A stretch of DNA of 64,000 bases from Candidatus Amesbacteria bacterium RIFOXYB1_FULL_44_23 (GCA_001773775.1 MEXR01000032.1:7266-71265); one strand, 5' to 3'. Positions 17,172-27,032 are shown, counted from the first letter of the stretch. Made by a program: numbers and translations. Notes: generated by a model not told the origin, from the letters alone.

Positions 17172-18566
17172 ATGTTTACAAATGCAAAACTTATACAAAA
17201 GAACTGGCGAAATACCCTGAAACAAGGGCAGGTGTCTTTGGTGGTCGTGAGGGAGGGAGAGGTTTTGTATGCCAATAAGGTGTCCGGAGTTTCTGGTCTG
17301 GTTGATTGTTTTAAGCAGGATTTATTGTCAGGAAGTGAGGTCTATGACACCAAGATTGGGTTGGCGGCGGCGAAACTTTTAGTGTGGGGGAAGGCAAGAT
17401 CAGTGTTTGCACTTACGGCGAGTCAGTCCGCTGTAAACTTTTGCAAAGCAAATAATCTGGCAGTTGAGAGTGTGAAGCAGGTGGACCGGTTGTACTTTTC
17501 TAATGATTTAGGTGGATGCCTATTTGAGAAGACAGCCTTCGGAGCGCAGAGAGCGGAAGATTTAATCAGGGGTTTGGAAGGACTAGGGGAGGTAAGAGTT
17601 GAGAGGTGTACAAAAGACGGTGTCTTTCCCCTGAATTATTATTCCACGTCAAATAGAAAAACATGGGTCAATCTGCAAGGGAAATGGACTGCGGTCAGGC
17701 ATCCTGAAATGGATAAGGCGATCAGAGTTGGGAGAAAGAAAGCCCGGACTGTGGCGACCTGCGAAGTTAAAAGAGGAGATATGGTAGTGGTCGGAGACGG
17801 GTTGGGGGTGTATGAGGAGAAAGTCGAGTTGAAAAAGGGCCAGGATTTTGGCTTTATGAGTAGTGAGGTTAGTGCAGAGAGGCCCAAAGAAGCACTGATT
17901 GGCAGGGTGGCTGAAATAATGCGGGAAAGCAGGCGAGAGGGTAAGCGAACGCTTTTAGTAGGGGGTCCGGCGATAGTTCATACCGGTTCGGGAAAATATT
18001 TGTCCGGACTAATCCGGTCCGGATGGATAGACGTACTGTTTGGAGGAAACGCCATAGCTGCTCATGACTTAGAAGAAAATTATCTGGGGACGTCTTTGGG
18101 GACAGAGGTGACTTCCGGAAACAGGATTGAGGGGGGTCATCATCATCACCTGAGGACTATCAATACGATTCGGTTTTACGGGGGAATTAAAAATGCCGTG
18201 GTCGCCAAAGTGATTAAATCCGGAATTTTTTATGAGTGTGTCCGAAGCGGAACGAAGTTTGTTTTAGCCGGGTCCATCAGGGACGACGGTCCGTTAACAG
18301 ACGTGATCACAGATTCGGTAAGGGCACAAATGGAGATGAGAAAAGAAACCAGAAATGGTTTCGGCGTAGCCCTGATGGTGGCTACGACTTTACACTCAGT
18401 TGCTACGGGCAATTTGTTGTCTTTTGATACCACCAAAATCATCGTTGATGACAATCTGGCTTCAGTGACTAAGTTAGCTGATCGGGGGACTAATGCCTTA
18501 GGAATTGTGACCGATTGCGCTTATTTTTTGAGCCAATTATGTAATAAGCTGGAGGTGGAGATATGA
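17172..18566 (+). CDS. Conserved hypothetical protein (465 aa) under T-box control, coupled to proS; possibly ornithine-cyclodeaminase/LOR-SDH-like (speculative)
   Basis: The ORF track starts at a GTG at 17154, but that sits inside the terminator and T-run. The first ATG at 17172 is more plausible. The stop overlaps the proS start (ATGA). The C-terminal half has Gly-rich motifs (LLVGGPAIVHTGSG, GGHHHH) and no clear family. Confidence 0.55.
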   Translation: MFTNAKLIQKNWRNTLKQGQVSLVVVREGEVLYANKVSGVSGLVDCFKQDLLSGSEVYDTKIGLAAAKLLVWGKARSVFALTASQSAVNFCKANNLAVESVKQVDRLYFSNDLGGCLFEKTAFGAQRAEDLIRGLEGLGEVRVERCTKDGVFPLNYYSTSNRKTWVNLQGKWTAVRHPEMDKAIRVGRKKARTVATCEVKRGDMVVVGDGLGVYEEKVELKKGQDFGFMSSEVSAERPKEALIGRVAEIMRESRREGKRTLLVGGPAIVHTGSGKYLSGLIRSGWIDVLFGGNAIAAHDLEENYLGTSLGTEVTSGNRIEGGHHHHLRTINTIRFYGGIKNAVVAKVIKSGIFYECVRSGTKFVLAGSIRDDGPLTDVITDSVRAQMEMRKETRNGFGVALMVATTLHSVATGNLLSFDTTKIIVDDNLASVTKLADRGTNALGIVTDCAYFLSQLCNKLEVEI

Positions 18567-19993
18567 AAGATTTTATTAAAAAGAATTTACCCAAAAAGAG
18601 TCAAAGCTTGTCTGAATGGTATAACCGGGTGGTAATGCTGGCTGAACTGGCTGATTATGGACCCGCCAGAGGGACTATGATTTTTCGGCCTTACGGATAT
18701 GCGATTTGGGAAACGGTGCAGAAATACATGGATGAGAAAATCAAGGCCAGCGGGGTGGAGAATGCATATTTTCCGCTTTTTATCCCCGAGTCTTTATTGG
18801 CTAAAGAGAAAGATCATATCAAGGGGTTTGCTCCTGAGTTGGCGGTAGTAACGATCGGAGGCGGAGAAGAATTGAAGGAGAGGCTGGTAGTAAGACCGAC
18901 CAGTGAAACGATAATGTACCAGGCGTATGCCAATTGGATAAAGTCATGGCGGGACTTGCCGGTTTTGGTTAACCAATGGAATAACGTAGTCCGCTGGGAA
19001 AAACGTACTTATCTGTTTCTTCGGACTCTGGAATTTCTGTGGCAGGAAGGACATTGTGCTCATGCGACCTGGGAAGAGTCGTGGGAGAGGGTGCTGTGGG
19101 GAATTAAATTGTACGAGCAAACATATCGTGAAATATTTGCATTGCCAACGGTGGTGGGAAGGAAATCGGAATCTGAGAAGTTTGCCGGGGGTGTGGCGAC
19201 TTTGACTTGTGAAGTTTTGATGCCGGAAGGCAAGGCTTTGCAGGGTTGCACATCGCATGATTTGGGGCAAAATTTTTCCAGAGCACAGAACATCAAGTTT
19301 CAGGATAAAGACAGAAGTGCCAAATATGTCTGGCAAAACAGCTGGGGTTTTACCACCAGATCTATAGGAGGAATGCTAATGGCACATGGGGATGATGCGG
19401 GAGCGGTACTGCCCCCAAGAGCTGCTCCTGTTCAAGTAGTAATCATATTGGCAAAAAGCGAAACCGACGTAACGGAGTATGCCAAAAAAGTTGAGTTGGA
19501 GTTGGTTCAACTGGGTTTAAGAGTGAAATTGGACGATCGGGAAGAGGAGTCAATGGGGTACAAAATCAATAAATGGGAACTGAGAGGGGTGCCCTTACGG
19601 ATTGAAATTGGCATTAAAGAGGTGAGGAGTCAGAATTTGACGATTGTTAGAAGGGACAACCAGACCAGACTTCTGATTTCAAATAACAACTTGGGAACAG
19701 TCAAGACGTTGCTGGACACTATTCAGTCTGATATGTTGGCTAGGCAGGAAAGATTTCTAGCTGAGAATACTTTTGAGGCTATTACGTATAATAGATTTAG
19801 CGAAATAATGAAAACAACGAAAGGTTTTATTAAGGCGTTTTGGTGCGAGCGAGCGGAATGCGAAATGACAATTAAAGAAGAGACCAAAGCTTCGACTAGA
19901 TGCCTTCCTTTGGATGCGCCGAAAGAAAACGGAGTCTGTGTTAAATGCGGTGAACCGGCAATTCACCGCTGGTTATTTGCTCAGGCCTATTGA
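18563..19993 (+). CDS. proS: Prolyl-tRNA synthetase, archaeal/eukaryotic type (no INS editing domain)
   Basis: Class II motifs (FRPYGYAIWE, RPTSETIMY, WNNVVRWE, TRSIGG) and a C-terminal zinc-binding extension. Confidence 0.9.
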   Translation: MKDFIKKNLPKKSQSLSEWYNRVVMLAELADYGPARGTMIFRPYGYAIWETVQKYMDEKIKASGVENAYFPLFIPESLLAKEKDHIKGFAPELAVVTIGGGEELKERLVVRPTSETIMYQAYANWIKSWRDLPVLVNQWNNVVRWEKRTYLFLRTLEFLWQEGHCAHATWEESWERVLWGIKLYEQTYREIFALPTVVGRKSESEKFAGGVATLTCEVLMPEGKALQGCTSHDLGQNFSRAQNIKFQDKDRSAKYVWQNSWGFTTRSIGGMLMAHGDDAGAVLPPRAAPVQVVIILAKSETDVTEYAKKVELELVQLGLRVKLDDREEESMGYKINKWELRGVPLRIEIGIKEVRSQNLTIVRRDNQTRLLISNNNLGTVKTLLDTIQSDMLARQERFLAENTFEAITYNRFSEIMKTTKGFIKAFWCERAECEMTIKEETKASTRCLPLDAPKENGVCVKCGEPAIHRWLFAQAY

Positions 19994-20007
19994 GGAGGTG
20001 ATGATGC

Positions 20008-20343
20008 ATGGCAACTATTGATGATTTTAACGCACTAGATATCAGAGTGGGAAAAATTGTGGAAGTTGAGGATTTCCCCGAGGCAAGGAAACCTTCATAT
20101 AAGCTAACAATTGATTTTGGACCAGAAATCGGGATAAAGCACTCAAGCGCTCAATTGGTTAAGCACTACACAAAAGAAGAGCTAAAAAACAAGCTGGTGT
20201 TGGGTGTGGTCAATTTTCCCCCGCGCCAAATCGGTCCTTTTATATCCGAATCACTTACTCTGGGAGTTCCGGATGAAAACCATGATTGCATTCTAATTGC
20301 ACCCGATAAAGCCACGGCAGTGGTAGGAGGAAAACTATATTAG
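20008..20343 (+). CDS. tRNA-binding domain protein (CsaA/Trbp111/EMAP-like OB fold)
   Basis: LDIRVGKIVEVEDFPEARKPSYKLTIDFGPE is the classic tRNA-binding OB-fold signature. Confidence 0.7.
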   Translation: MATIDDFNALDIRVGKIVEVEDFPEARKPSYKLTIDFGPEIGIKHSSAQLVKHYTKEELKNKLVLGVVNFPPRQIGPFISESLTLGVPDENHDCILIAPDKATAVVGGKLY

Positions 20344-20555
20344 GATTGATTCCAGAATTCGAATTTCGATCTAGCGTCGATACTATTAGACGAGTTCTGA
20401 TCAGGGTTTGGGTGGGTATGGGCGGAAATCCGTTCGAACCTGTTTAGCCATTAAGTTATTATTGGGTTATGTTCAAAATCGTGGCCTGCCCGGTTGATAA
20501 AAGAGAAGTGGGGGAGTTGGCTCGTGAGATCGGGGGCTTTTATATTTGAAAATGT

Positions 20556-20786
20556 ATGACTAAACGACAGGTTTGGCAAACGATAGCCTTGGATTTGAAG
20601 AGAGCGGCTAATTATTTGCATGCTAAGAGATACCGGCAGGCAGAATTTTATTTAGATGAGGCCAAACAACTGTACAAGACCGCTTCTTTTGACGACAAGA
20701 TGCGCTCTGTTGAGAAGTTTATAAGCTTTAGCGGTGATCCGGAAGGGATTTTGTTGGGGAGCAGTATTATTTCAGGGAGACTGTAA
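20556..20786 (+). CDS. Small hypothetical protein
   Basis: 76-aa ORF in an AT-rich stretch. Confidence 0.25.
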   Translation: MTKRQVWQTIALDLKRAANYLHAKRYRQAEFYLDEAKQLYKTASFDDKMRSVEKFISFSGDPEGILLGSSIISGRL

Positions 20787-20875
20787 AACCCGGCTGGCCT
20801 GATGGAAAGTATTCTAGCCTGTTCCTCTCAAATTTAGTATTTACTATCTTTGTAAAATATGTTAGAAGTTCTTAA

Positions 20876-21109
20876 ATGTCAGATGAACGTTTAGGTCCGG
20901 CAGAAACAAGGGTAGATATTAGAAGATATATCGAAGAACACCCCGAAGGTGTAAATATTTCTCCAACTGTTCTTGCGGCCATTGCTAGGCAGAGAAAATG
21001 GTCGGATCTTGTAGATCCTGTAAGAAGAATAACTTCAGGTCTAAAAACTTTAGGAGTTGTACGTATAGAGGGTTTAATTGCTAAACCCGTTCCTCGAAGG
21101 AAGCATTAA
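20876..21109 (+). CDS. Small hypothetical protein
   Basis: 77-aa ORF in an AT-rich stretch. Confidence 0.25.
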   Translation: MSDERLGPAETRVDIRRYIEEHPEGVNISPTVLAAIARQRKWSDLVDPVRRITSGLKTLGVVRIEGLIAKPVPRRKH

Positions 21110-21264
21110 AATTTGTTCAGAGGGCTTTGATGGAAGACGTCTGCGGTAAACCACTACCCCCTTTGATACAGAACGAAGCTGTTACGCACAAAATTTAACA
21201 TAACAGACTAGATAGAATGGCCTCACGCGGTTATAATCTCACTTAGTAAAACAACTAAATAGCC

Positions 21265-22074
21265 ATGAATATGCCTGATTTCGATGAGTCTCGAGTTATA
21301 TTTGAAAAGAGATGGCAGGAGTATGTTAATAATTTTCTTGCCTCACCATCTAATTCCAAGGTATTTAAAGCGTACGAGTCCGGGGGAATCTTATCTCCTG
21401 AAAATAGGAATGTGGTAGAGCATCAAATCATGGCAAGATTCGTAGTTGAGGTGTTGTGTGATTTGTGTGGTGTAGACGGAAATGAAAAGGAAGACGGCTT
21501 AACAGCAGCAAGTCTGCACGATTTCAATGTGCTCGAAGAAAAATTCGGCAGAAGAAACGGGAAATATAAACATTACCGGGATATAGAATCGCTGAAAGAA
21601 AAAGATCGTAATACACTCAGAGAGTTGGGGTTTTCAGAGGAAGCAATTAGTCTGACGGATGCTAACATAACGCACGAAGAGGGGGGTCCAAAATCACTAA
21701 CCGCGATGTTTTTGTTCTTGGCTGACGCCTGCATCTCCGGAACAAAAATCGTAGATATCAGAAAAAGATTTGCGGATACAAGGATGGGGTGGCGCAGCGA
21801 CAAGAAGCGAATAGATGATAAAACAGCGCAGGAGAATGCATATTATTATGATCATTTTTGGAAAGGGGCTCCGGGGCACGGAGACAGGCCGCATGATGAA
21901 GTACAACTGGAAACTGCCGCAAGAATATGTAGTGATTTGGTAGGAATATTAAGAGAGAAGCAGGCAGATACTAAAAATCCCAAATACGCACGCATATTTG
22001 GCCCAAATGGAGATTCAAACCTACTTCCAGAGTATATACGGGATAAAGTGAACGAAAAAGTTGCAAACGTCTAA
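21265..22074 (+). CDS. Hypothetical protein, possible HD-domain phosphohydrolase
   Basis: H...HD pattern (VVEHQIMARF ... AASLHDFNVLEE); weak. Confidence 0.35.
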   Translation: MNMPDFDESRVIFEKRWQEYVNNFLASPSNSKVFKAYESGGILSPENRNVVEHQIMARFVVEVLCDLCGVDGNEKEDGLTAASLHDFNVLEEKFGRRNGKYKHYRDIESLKEKDRNTLRELGFSEEAISLTDANITHEEGGPKSLTAMFLFLADACISGTKIVDIRKRFADTRMGWRSDKKRIDDKTAQENAYYYDHFWKGAPGHGDRPHDEVQLETAARICSDLVGILREKQADTKNPKYARIFGPNGDSNLLPEYIRDKVNEKVANV

Positions 22075-22149
22075 GGGGAGATTTGTAATATTCATTGGGA
22101 TTAGTTCTCGATATTTGCAGGGACTGGCGGACTGTCTGGGAACCTGGTT

Positions 22150-23220
22150 TTGGGTATAATCAGTCTTATGGATGAAATTAAAGTAGCTTCACTAGAAGAT
22201 TTGGGTTGGGGTGGGTATTTTAAAAATGAACACTCTATAGCCAGAGTGGTTGCCGAATATAGAGAAGCGTATAGGGTCAGAAGCATAAATGGAGAATTTT
22301 TAGCAAAAATTACCGGTAAACAACTGTTTTTGGCGACCAAACGGGAAGATTATCCGGCGGTAGGTGATTTCGTGGTGATAGATGAAATGTCCGGGAAAAA
22401 AGCAGTAATTCGTGAGGTGTTGCCCAGAAAGACCTGGCTTAAGAAGAAGTACAGCGATAAAGAAGAAAACCAGCTGATAGCAACTAACATAGACGCGGCA
22501 TTTATAGTGGGATCTCCGGATAAGGATTACAGTTTGAATCGTTTTGAGAGATATTTAGTTATTGCTAAGGACGGGGGAATTAAGCCGGTCTTAATTATTA
22601 ACAAAACCGACTTACTTTCTGAGGCGGAATTGCGCGCCAAAATATCGGAGATTAAGGAAAGATTTGGGGAGGTTGATATTCTTCTGACTAGTACAGTGAC
22701 TGAGCTGGGATTAGGAGAGCTGGAAAAGTATATTCTAAGGGGTAAGACATATTGCTTTTTGGGTTCTTCCGGAGTAGGCAAATCGACACTTATAAATAAA
22801 TTACTGGGTAAAAATGAAATTAAAACGATGGAAATTAGTGAAACATCCGGCAGGGGAAAACACACCACCTCAACCAGGGAGATGTATTTTTTAAAAAACG
22901 GGGGAATAGTCATTGATAACCCAGGAACCAGGGAGGTGGGTACGGGAGATTCAGTTAGGGGTATGGAAAATGTGTTTGATGAAATAAGATTACTGTCTCA
23001 AAACTGCAGATTTTCTGATTGCACGCATACAAACGAACCTAATTGTGCGATTATCACAGCCGTGGAGTCTGGAAGTTTGGATAAAGATAAATATGCGAAT
23101 TTTCTAAAGTTACGAAAAGAATCGGAATTTTATAAAATGAGTGAGCTGGATAGAAGAGCTAAAGATCGGAAGTTTGGAAAATTTGTTAAGAAGGCAAAAA
23201 ATGAGCTTGAGATGTATTGA
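22150..23220 (+). CDS. rsgA: Ribosome small-subunit-dependent GTPase A (RsgA/YjeQ)
   Basis: Circularly permuted GTPase motifs (NKTDL, GSSGVGKSTLIN, DTPG-like DNPGTRE) and the RsgA zinc finger CRFSDCTHTNEPNC. Confidence 0.85.
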   Translation: MGIISLMDEIKVASLEDLGWGGYFKNEHSIARVVAEYREAYRVRSINGEFLAKITGKQLFLATKREDYPAVGDFVVIDEMSGKKAVIREVLPRKTWLKKKYSDKEENQLIATNIDAAFIVGSPDKDYSLNRFERYLVIAKDGGIKPVLIINKTDLLSEAELRAKISEIKERFGEVDILLTSTVTELGLGELEKYILRGKTYCFLGSSGVGKSTLINKLLGKNEIKTMEISETSGRGKHTTSTREMYFLKNGGIVIDNPGTREVGTGDSVRGMENVFDEIRLLSQNCRFSDCTHTNEPNCAIITAVESGSLDKDKYANFLKLRKESEFYKMSELDRRAKDRKFGKFVKKAKNELEMY

Positions 23221-23300
23221 ATTTTTTACTTAAAGCTATTTTGCAGGTTTGGACGCCATAGCCCTGAGCGGAGTCGAAGGGGAAGATACTCGAATTTTGT

Positions 23301-23936
23301 ATGGGCAACTTGCCTCTTTTGGAACTAAGCAATAAAATCCGGCAAATGGCTCGTGAACGCGGGTTTGAATGTCTGTTTAGCAGTAATCCAAAGGTTTATT
23401 TTATCGAGCAAGTTATTGAACAGCTCGATGTACTCGAGGCTCTCTTTTTGTGGGAACAGGGATTGGAACATATCTCTGGCTTAGTGACTGGATGTTTCGA
23501 TATACTACACCCTGATCAAGTTGAGTTTTTACAAGCAGGAAAAAGAAAGGTTCAGACGTTAATTGTGGGGGTTGATAGGGATGAAACGGTGAGACTAAAA
23601 GGTCCAGGAAGACCAATTTTTAATCTTAGACAAAGGTGCGAAATGCTGGCGGCTCTTGATTGTGTAGACTTAGTTTTTCCAATTCCCTTTGCTTTGGGAA
23701 GGTATGAGGAGTCACCCGAAAACGCTACCTTGTTCGAAGCCTTAACTGATAGATTATTCAACTCTACTTTGCCGAGGCAAGGTATACATTGTCTAATAAC
23801 AAATGAAGCTGCAGATCCGTTTTGGCGGGAAAAGAAAGAGCGGGCTGAAAAACTGGGAGTTGGCTATATTGGTTTGAATATGGAGAGATCTACTAGCTCG
23901 AGTCAGGTGGCAACTAAAATTCAAACAGGGGGTTAG
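23301..23936 (+). CDS. Cytidylyltransferase-like nucleotidyltransferase (HxGH family; RfaE domain II / TagD-like)
   Basis: GCFDILHPDQVEFLQ is an H-x-G-H-type motif in the right position, followed by VGVDRDETV... Confidence 0.5.
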   Translation: MGNLPLLELSNKIRQMARERGFECLFSSNPKVYFIEQVIEQLDVLEALFLWEQGLEHISGLVTGCFDILHPDQVEFLQAGKRKVQTLIVGVDRDETVRLKGPGRPIFNLRQRCEMLAALDCVDLVFPIPFALGRYEESPENATLFEALTDRLFNSTLPRQGIHCLITNEAADPFWREKKERAEKLGVGYIGLNMERSTSSSQVATKIQTGG

Positions 23937-23951
23937 GCATTCTTTATGGTT

Positions 23952-23978
23952 GCAGCCCTGGATGGAAGACATCCGAAC
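23952..23978 (+). repeat. 27-nt direct repeat copy 1 (GCAGCCCTGGATGGAAGACATCCGAAC)
   Basis: 25/27 identical to 24782..24808; contains a small hairpin ggatg-gaaga-catcc. Confidence 0.6.
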
Positions 23979-24008
23979 CTATTACTCTCAAAACCGATAA
24001 TAGAGTAT

Positions 24009-24698
24009 CTATTTTAATATTTCTCTTACAGTAGCCTGGACAAGGATTTCCATTGTATCGATAATTTCAGAGTTCTGTATATGGGGGGTGATTAATTGTA
24101 AATCTGTGCACGCAAGCAGAATTGTTTTTGGACCCTGGTCTAGTAGTCCTTTGGTTATTTTTAACAATTTTTCCCTGTCTTCACCATCCTGTCTACTGTG
24201 AACCAGGTGGTTGATGATTTCGCCCATTTGGTTCTGATCCTCCTCAACTGGACTTTTTACTTTTATACCATTTGAGGTAAGAACCTCTTCATATAACCTT
24301 TTTCTGATGGTGGAGGAGGTGGCTAAAAGACCAACTTCGGTGACTTTGTTACTATTGAGGCGACTTAATGTTTCATCCACTATGCTCAAAACAGGGACTT
24401 TCACTGATTCTCGGATTTGGTTAATAAAAATATGAACTGAGTTACATGGGATGACGATAAAATCTGCTCCGCCCTTCTCCAGTCTTTTAGCGGCATCTAA
24501 CAGATAAGGCAGATATTTTTCTTCTCCCTGAGAATTCTTGATGAATTCCTCTTCTATCTGATAGGGGAGGGGGACGTTCCAAATCAGCATTGGCGGACGG
24601 TTTATCCGATCCTTTTCAAAACAGGAGAAAATTACCTCCAGATAAAATTTGGAAGTTGTTTCCGGACCCAGTCCGCCAATTATGCCTGCAGTTTTCAT
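24009..24698 (-). CDS. Asp/Glu/hydantoin racemase family protein (aspartate racemase-like)
   Basis: MKTAGIIGGLGPETT ... two catalytic Cys regions (IVIPCNSVH, LLACTDL). Confidence 0.75.
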   Translation of the reverse strand: MKTAGIIGGLGPETTSKFYLEVIFSCFEKDRINRPPMLIWNVPLPYQIEEEFIKNSQGEEKYLPYLLDAAKRLEKGGADFIVIPCNSVHIFINQIRESVKVPVLSIVDETLSRLNSNKVTEVGLLATSSTIRKRLYEEVLTSNGIKVKSPVEEDQNQMGEIINHLVHSRQDGEDREKLLKITKGLLDQGPKTILLACTDLQLITPHIQNSEIIDTMEILVQATVREILK

Positions 24699-24781
24699 TC
24701 TCGGACTTAATTATATAGCAGGTTCGATTCCAATTAGCCGTTGATATAGTTTGATATGTTTTTTAGCTTCAAATTGAGTTA

Positions 24782-24808
24782 GCTGCCCTGGATGGAAGAC
24801 ATTCGAAC
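24782..24808 (+). repeat. 27-nt direct repeat copy 2 (GCTGCCCTGGATGGAAGACATTCGAAC)
   Basis: Flanks the racemase gene together with copy 1; sits at the left edge of the AT-rich island. Confidence 0.6.
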
Positions 24809-24864
24809 TTTTTACGTTCAGTTATCTTGTTAGTTGGAATAAACAGACTTATACTTTTTCCGTA

Positions 24865-25230
24865 ATGATAATAAATCGTAATAATTCGCGTTTTTGGGAG
24901 GCTTTGGAAGATATATTGAATAATTCTTCAGTAGTAATAGACCGGCCAGGGGGCAGTGCTCATCCAAGATTTCCGAAGTTTATTTATCCTCTGGATTATG
25001 GTTTCCTCGAAGGGACTTCTTCTATGGATGGTGGGGGAATTGACGTGTGGAAGGGGACCGGTACTAACGGTTTTGATGCGATACTTTGTGTTGTTGACAC
25101 AATCAAAAAAGATTCAGAAATAAAAATATTACTTAACTGCACCCCAGAAGAAAAAAGAAAGGTGCTGGAGTGTCAGAATACAAAAAAGATGAAGGCTATG
25201 ATGATAAATCGCGACGGGACACTTTCGTGA
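24865..25230 (+). CDS. Minimal inorganic-pyrophosphatase-like protein (family I core motif only)
   Basis: DRPGGSAHPRFPKFIYPLDYGFLEGTSSMDGGGIDVW parallels the family I PPase core DR......YP.NYGYI..T...DGDP.DV. At 121 aa it lacks the usual N-terminal strands. Confidence 0.35.
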   Translation: MIINRNNSRFWEALEDILNNSSVVIDRPGGSAHPRFPKFIYPLDYGFLEGTSSMDGGGIDVWKGTGTNGFDAILCVVDTIKKDSEIKILLNCTPEEKRKVLECQNTKKMKAMMINRDGTLS

Positions 25231-25404
25231 AAAGCTAGACGTCGTCTGGTGAAGCTAAACGAAAGATTGTTACAAAGCTCTGTTGTGGCAGGACTAGTGG
25301 ACTATGTTGGAACCTGGTTTAGGGAAAATAGGTTTGGTTTTGCTGTGTAAATGGTGGGGGGCGGGTAAACCCGTTAGCTTTATTGTCGTAAAATTACTGA
25401 GGTA

Positions 25405-25986
25405 TTGGAAAGACAGCCTTTTTGGGTTAATATCGCCCCAGGAACGAGTATGAGTGACGATATTAAATGGGTGGTAGATAATGCAGTGAAGTTATCTATT
25501 TTGGCGATAGCCTTATCAGTGGCATATTACTTTGTATTTTTTTTGCCAAATAAACAGAACCAGGAATTGGAATTAAAAAGGCAACAGTATCAGGACCAGA
25601 TAGTTGCCCAGCAAAAGGAAGACGAACGGGAACAACAAAAGATTTTAGATGTACAGAAACAGGCTGCAGAGAATAGGTCATTATTGGATAAGTGTTTGGA
25701 AAACGCTGAAGATTCGTATCACCTGAATTGGAGAAATAGTTGTAGGACAAGAGGATTAATGCCAAGTGGGTGTGAGGAGGAGTCAATTAACCTGGAGTTT
25801 TCTGATTATCAGAAACAACATAATTTGCCAACTTCTACCATTGAGGGATGGGATGATTATTGGAAAGTTTACAGTGCAAAAAAGGATAAATGTACCTGCA
25901 GCTTGCCTACATATAATGCAGACGACATAACTGAGACTGAAAAAAACTCAAAGGACGAATGCTTTAAAAGATATCCACAGAATTAG
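25405..25986 (+). CDS. Membrane-anchored hypothetical protein (coiled-coil, C-terminal Cys-rich)
   Basis: TM segment (LSILAIALSVAYYFVFFL), a Q/E-rich coiled coil, and C-terminal Cys residues. AT-rich context; alternative start about 25450. Confidence 0.4.
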   Translation: MERQPFWVNIAPGTSMSDDIKWVVDNAVKLSILAIALSVAYYFVFFLPNKQNQELELKRQQYQDQIVAQQKEDEREQQKILDVQKQAAENRSLLDKCLENAEDSYHLNWRNSCRTRGLMPSGCEEESINLEFSDYQKQHNLPTSTIEGWDDYWKVYSAKKDKCTCSLPTYNADDITETEKNSKDECFKRYPQN

Positions 25987-26085
25987 GGGTATATTACGGT
26001 TGGTGTTGTCGCTGGAACCTGGTTTAGCCTGAATTGGTGGAGAGAAAGGGGGATTAGCCTTTGCTGGGTGGTTTAGGAGGAGTGG

Positions 26086-26436
26086 ATGTTTGTACTGCGC
26101 AGGACTAAGATTACCCAGGACATGGACGAGGAAAATAATGCTCTTTCTTATTTATTTTGGGGTGGGGTAATAGTCTTCATTATTTGGGCATTCATTTTTA
26201 ACAATAAGCCCGATACTGAATACATTAGGGAAGAATTCGACAATGGTAAGGCTATCGAAATGGAGGTTGACGACTCGATCACTAGAGACAATTGGGAGTG
26301 TACAGGTGATTGCTCTGGTCATGATGCTGGATATGAATGGGCAGAAGAGAAGGGGATAACTGATCCAAGTGACTGTGGTGGCAAATCAGAGTCTTTTATA
26401 GAGGGGTGTGAGGCTTATGCGAACGAAAATTATTAA
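26086..26436 (+). CDS. Small membrane protein with Cys-rich C-terminus, hypothetical
   Basis: TM segment (LFWGGVIVFIIWAFIF) and CTGDCSGHDAG...CGGKSESFIEGC. Confidence 0.35.
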   Translation: MFVLRRTKITQDMDEENNALSYLFWGGVIVFIIWAFIFNNKPDTEYIREEFDNGKAIEMEVDDSITRDNWECTGDCSGHDAGYEWAEEKGITDPSDCGGKSESFIEGCEAYANENY

Positions 26437-26537
26437 GGTAGGTGGGCATTGATGGGGTGGGGGACTACGTGGGAACCTTTTTTGTTTGTATTGATAGAAG
26501 GTATGGGGAAGTAAACCTTGTCAGGAATTTTTGTGCC

Positions 26538-27032
26538 CTAGGGTCCTTTTTTTAGGTTAGATCGGAAATTTATCCAACTTATAAAAATTTTTACTCTGTC
26601 AATGAGGCTCAGATTTGAAAGTAAGGTGTCTGCTCTGTCTCCAATGTGTTCAATGTAGTCCTTAAAATAATTTATTTCAGATTGCTTTGGTTCAAAGATT
26701 GATTCCCCGCCGGTGAAGCTGGGAATTTTTTTCCAATCCTGTACAAATGCTCTAATCATGGTTGAGAGTGATGGGTTGTACATTTTGACATTTCTAGCGA
26801 TGTGTATCAGGCGTTGTGATATGTTTTCAGAGAATTTGAGCGATGGTAAACATTGTTCTTCGAATTCGGCCAACCGATCTTGAATTTTATTTCTAAGCTT
26901 GCGTTTTTCGGTCTCATCTTCACCCAAGGATTTAAGCTTATTAGACAAGTTGTAGTTGTAAAATATTCCGATCAAACTGATTACTGCGGGTACTGAGGCT
27001 AAGACCAAAGCAAATTTTTCTGAAAGTGTCAT
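26538..27032 (-). CDS. Membrane-anchored hypothetical protein (second gene of the LexA-divergent cassette)
   Basis: 164-aa ORF with an N-terminal TM helix (FALVLASVPAVISLIGIFY). It lies 9 nt downstream of the 308-aa ORF on the same strand. Confidence 0.5.
   Translation of the reverse strand: MTLSEKFALVLASVPAVISLIGIFYNYNLSNKLKSLGEDETEKRKLRNKIQDRLAEFEEQCLPSLKFSENISQRLIHIARNVKMYNPSLSTMIRAFVQDWKKIPSFTGGESIFEPKQSEINYFKDYIEHIGDRADTLLSNLSLIDRVKIFISWINFRSNLKKGP

Noticed and set aside
20400-20460. Possible tRNA-like segment containing CCGTTCGAACC
   Set aside because: I could not fold an acceptor stem or T-stem around the TTCGAA element in either orientation. It is probably just intergenic sequence.
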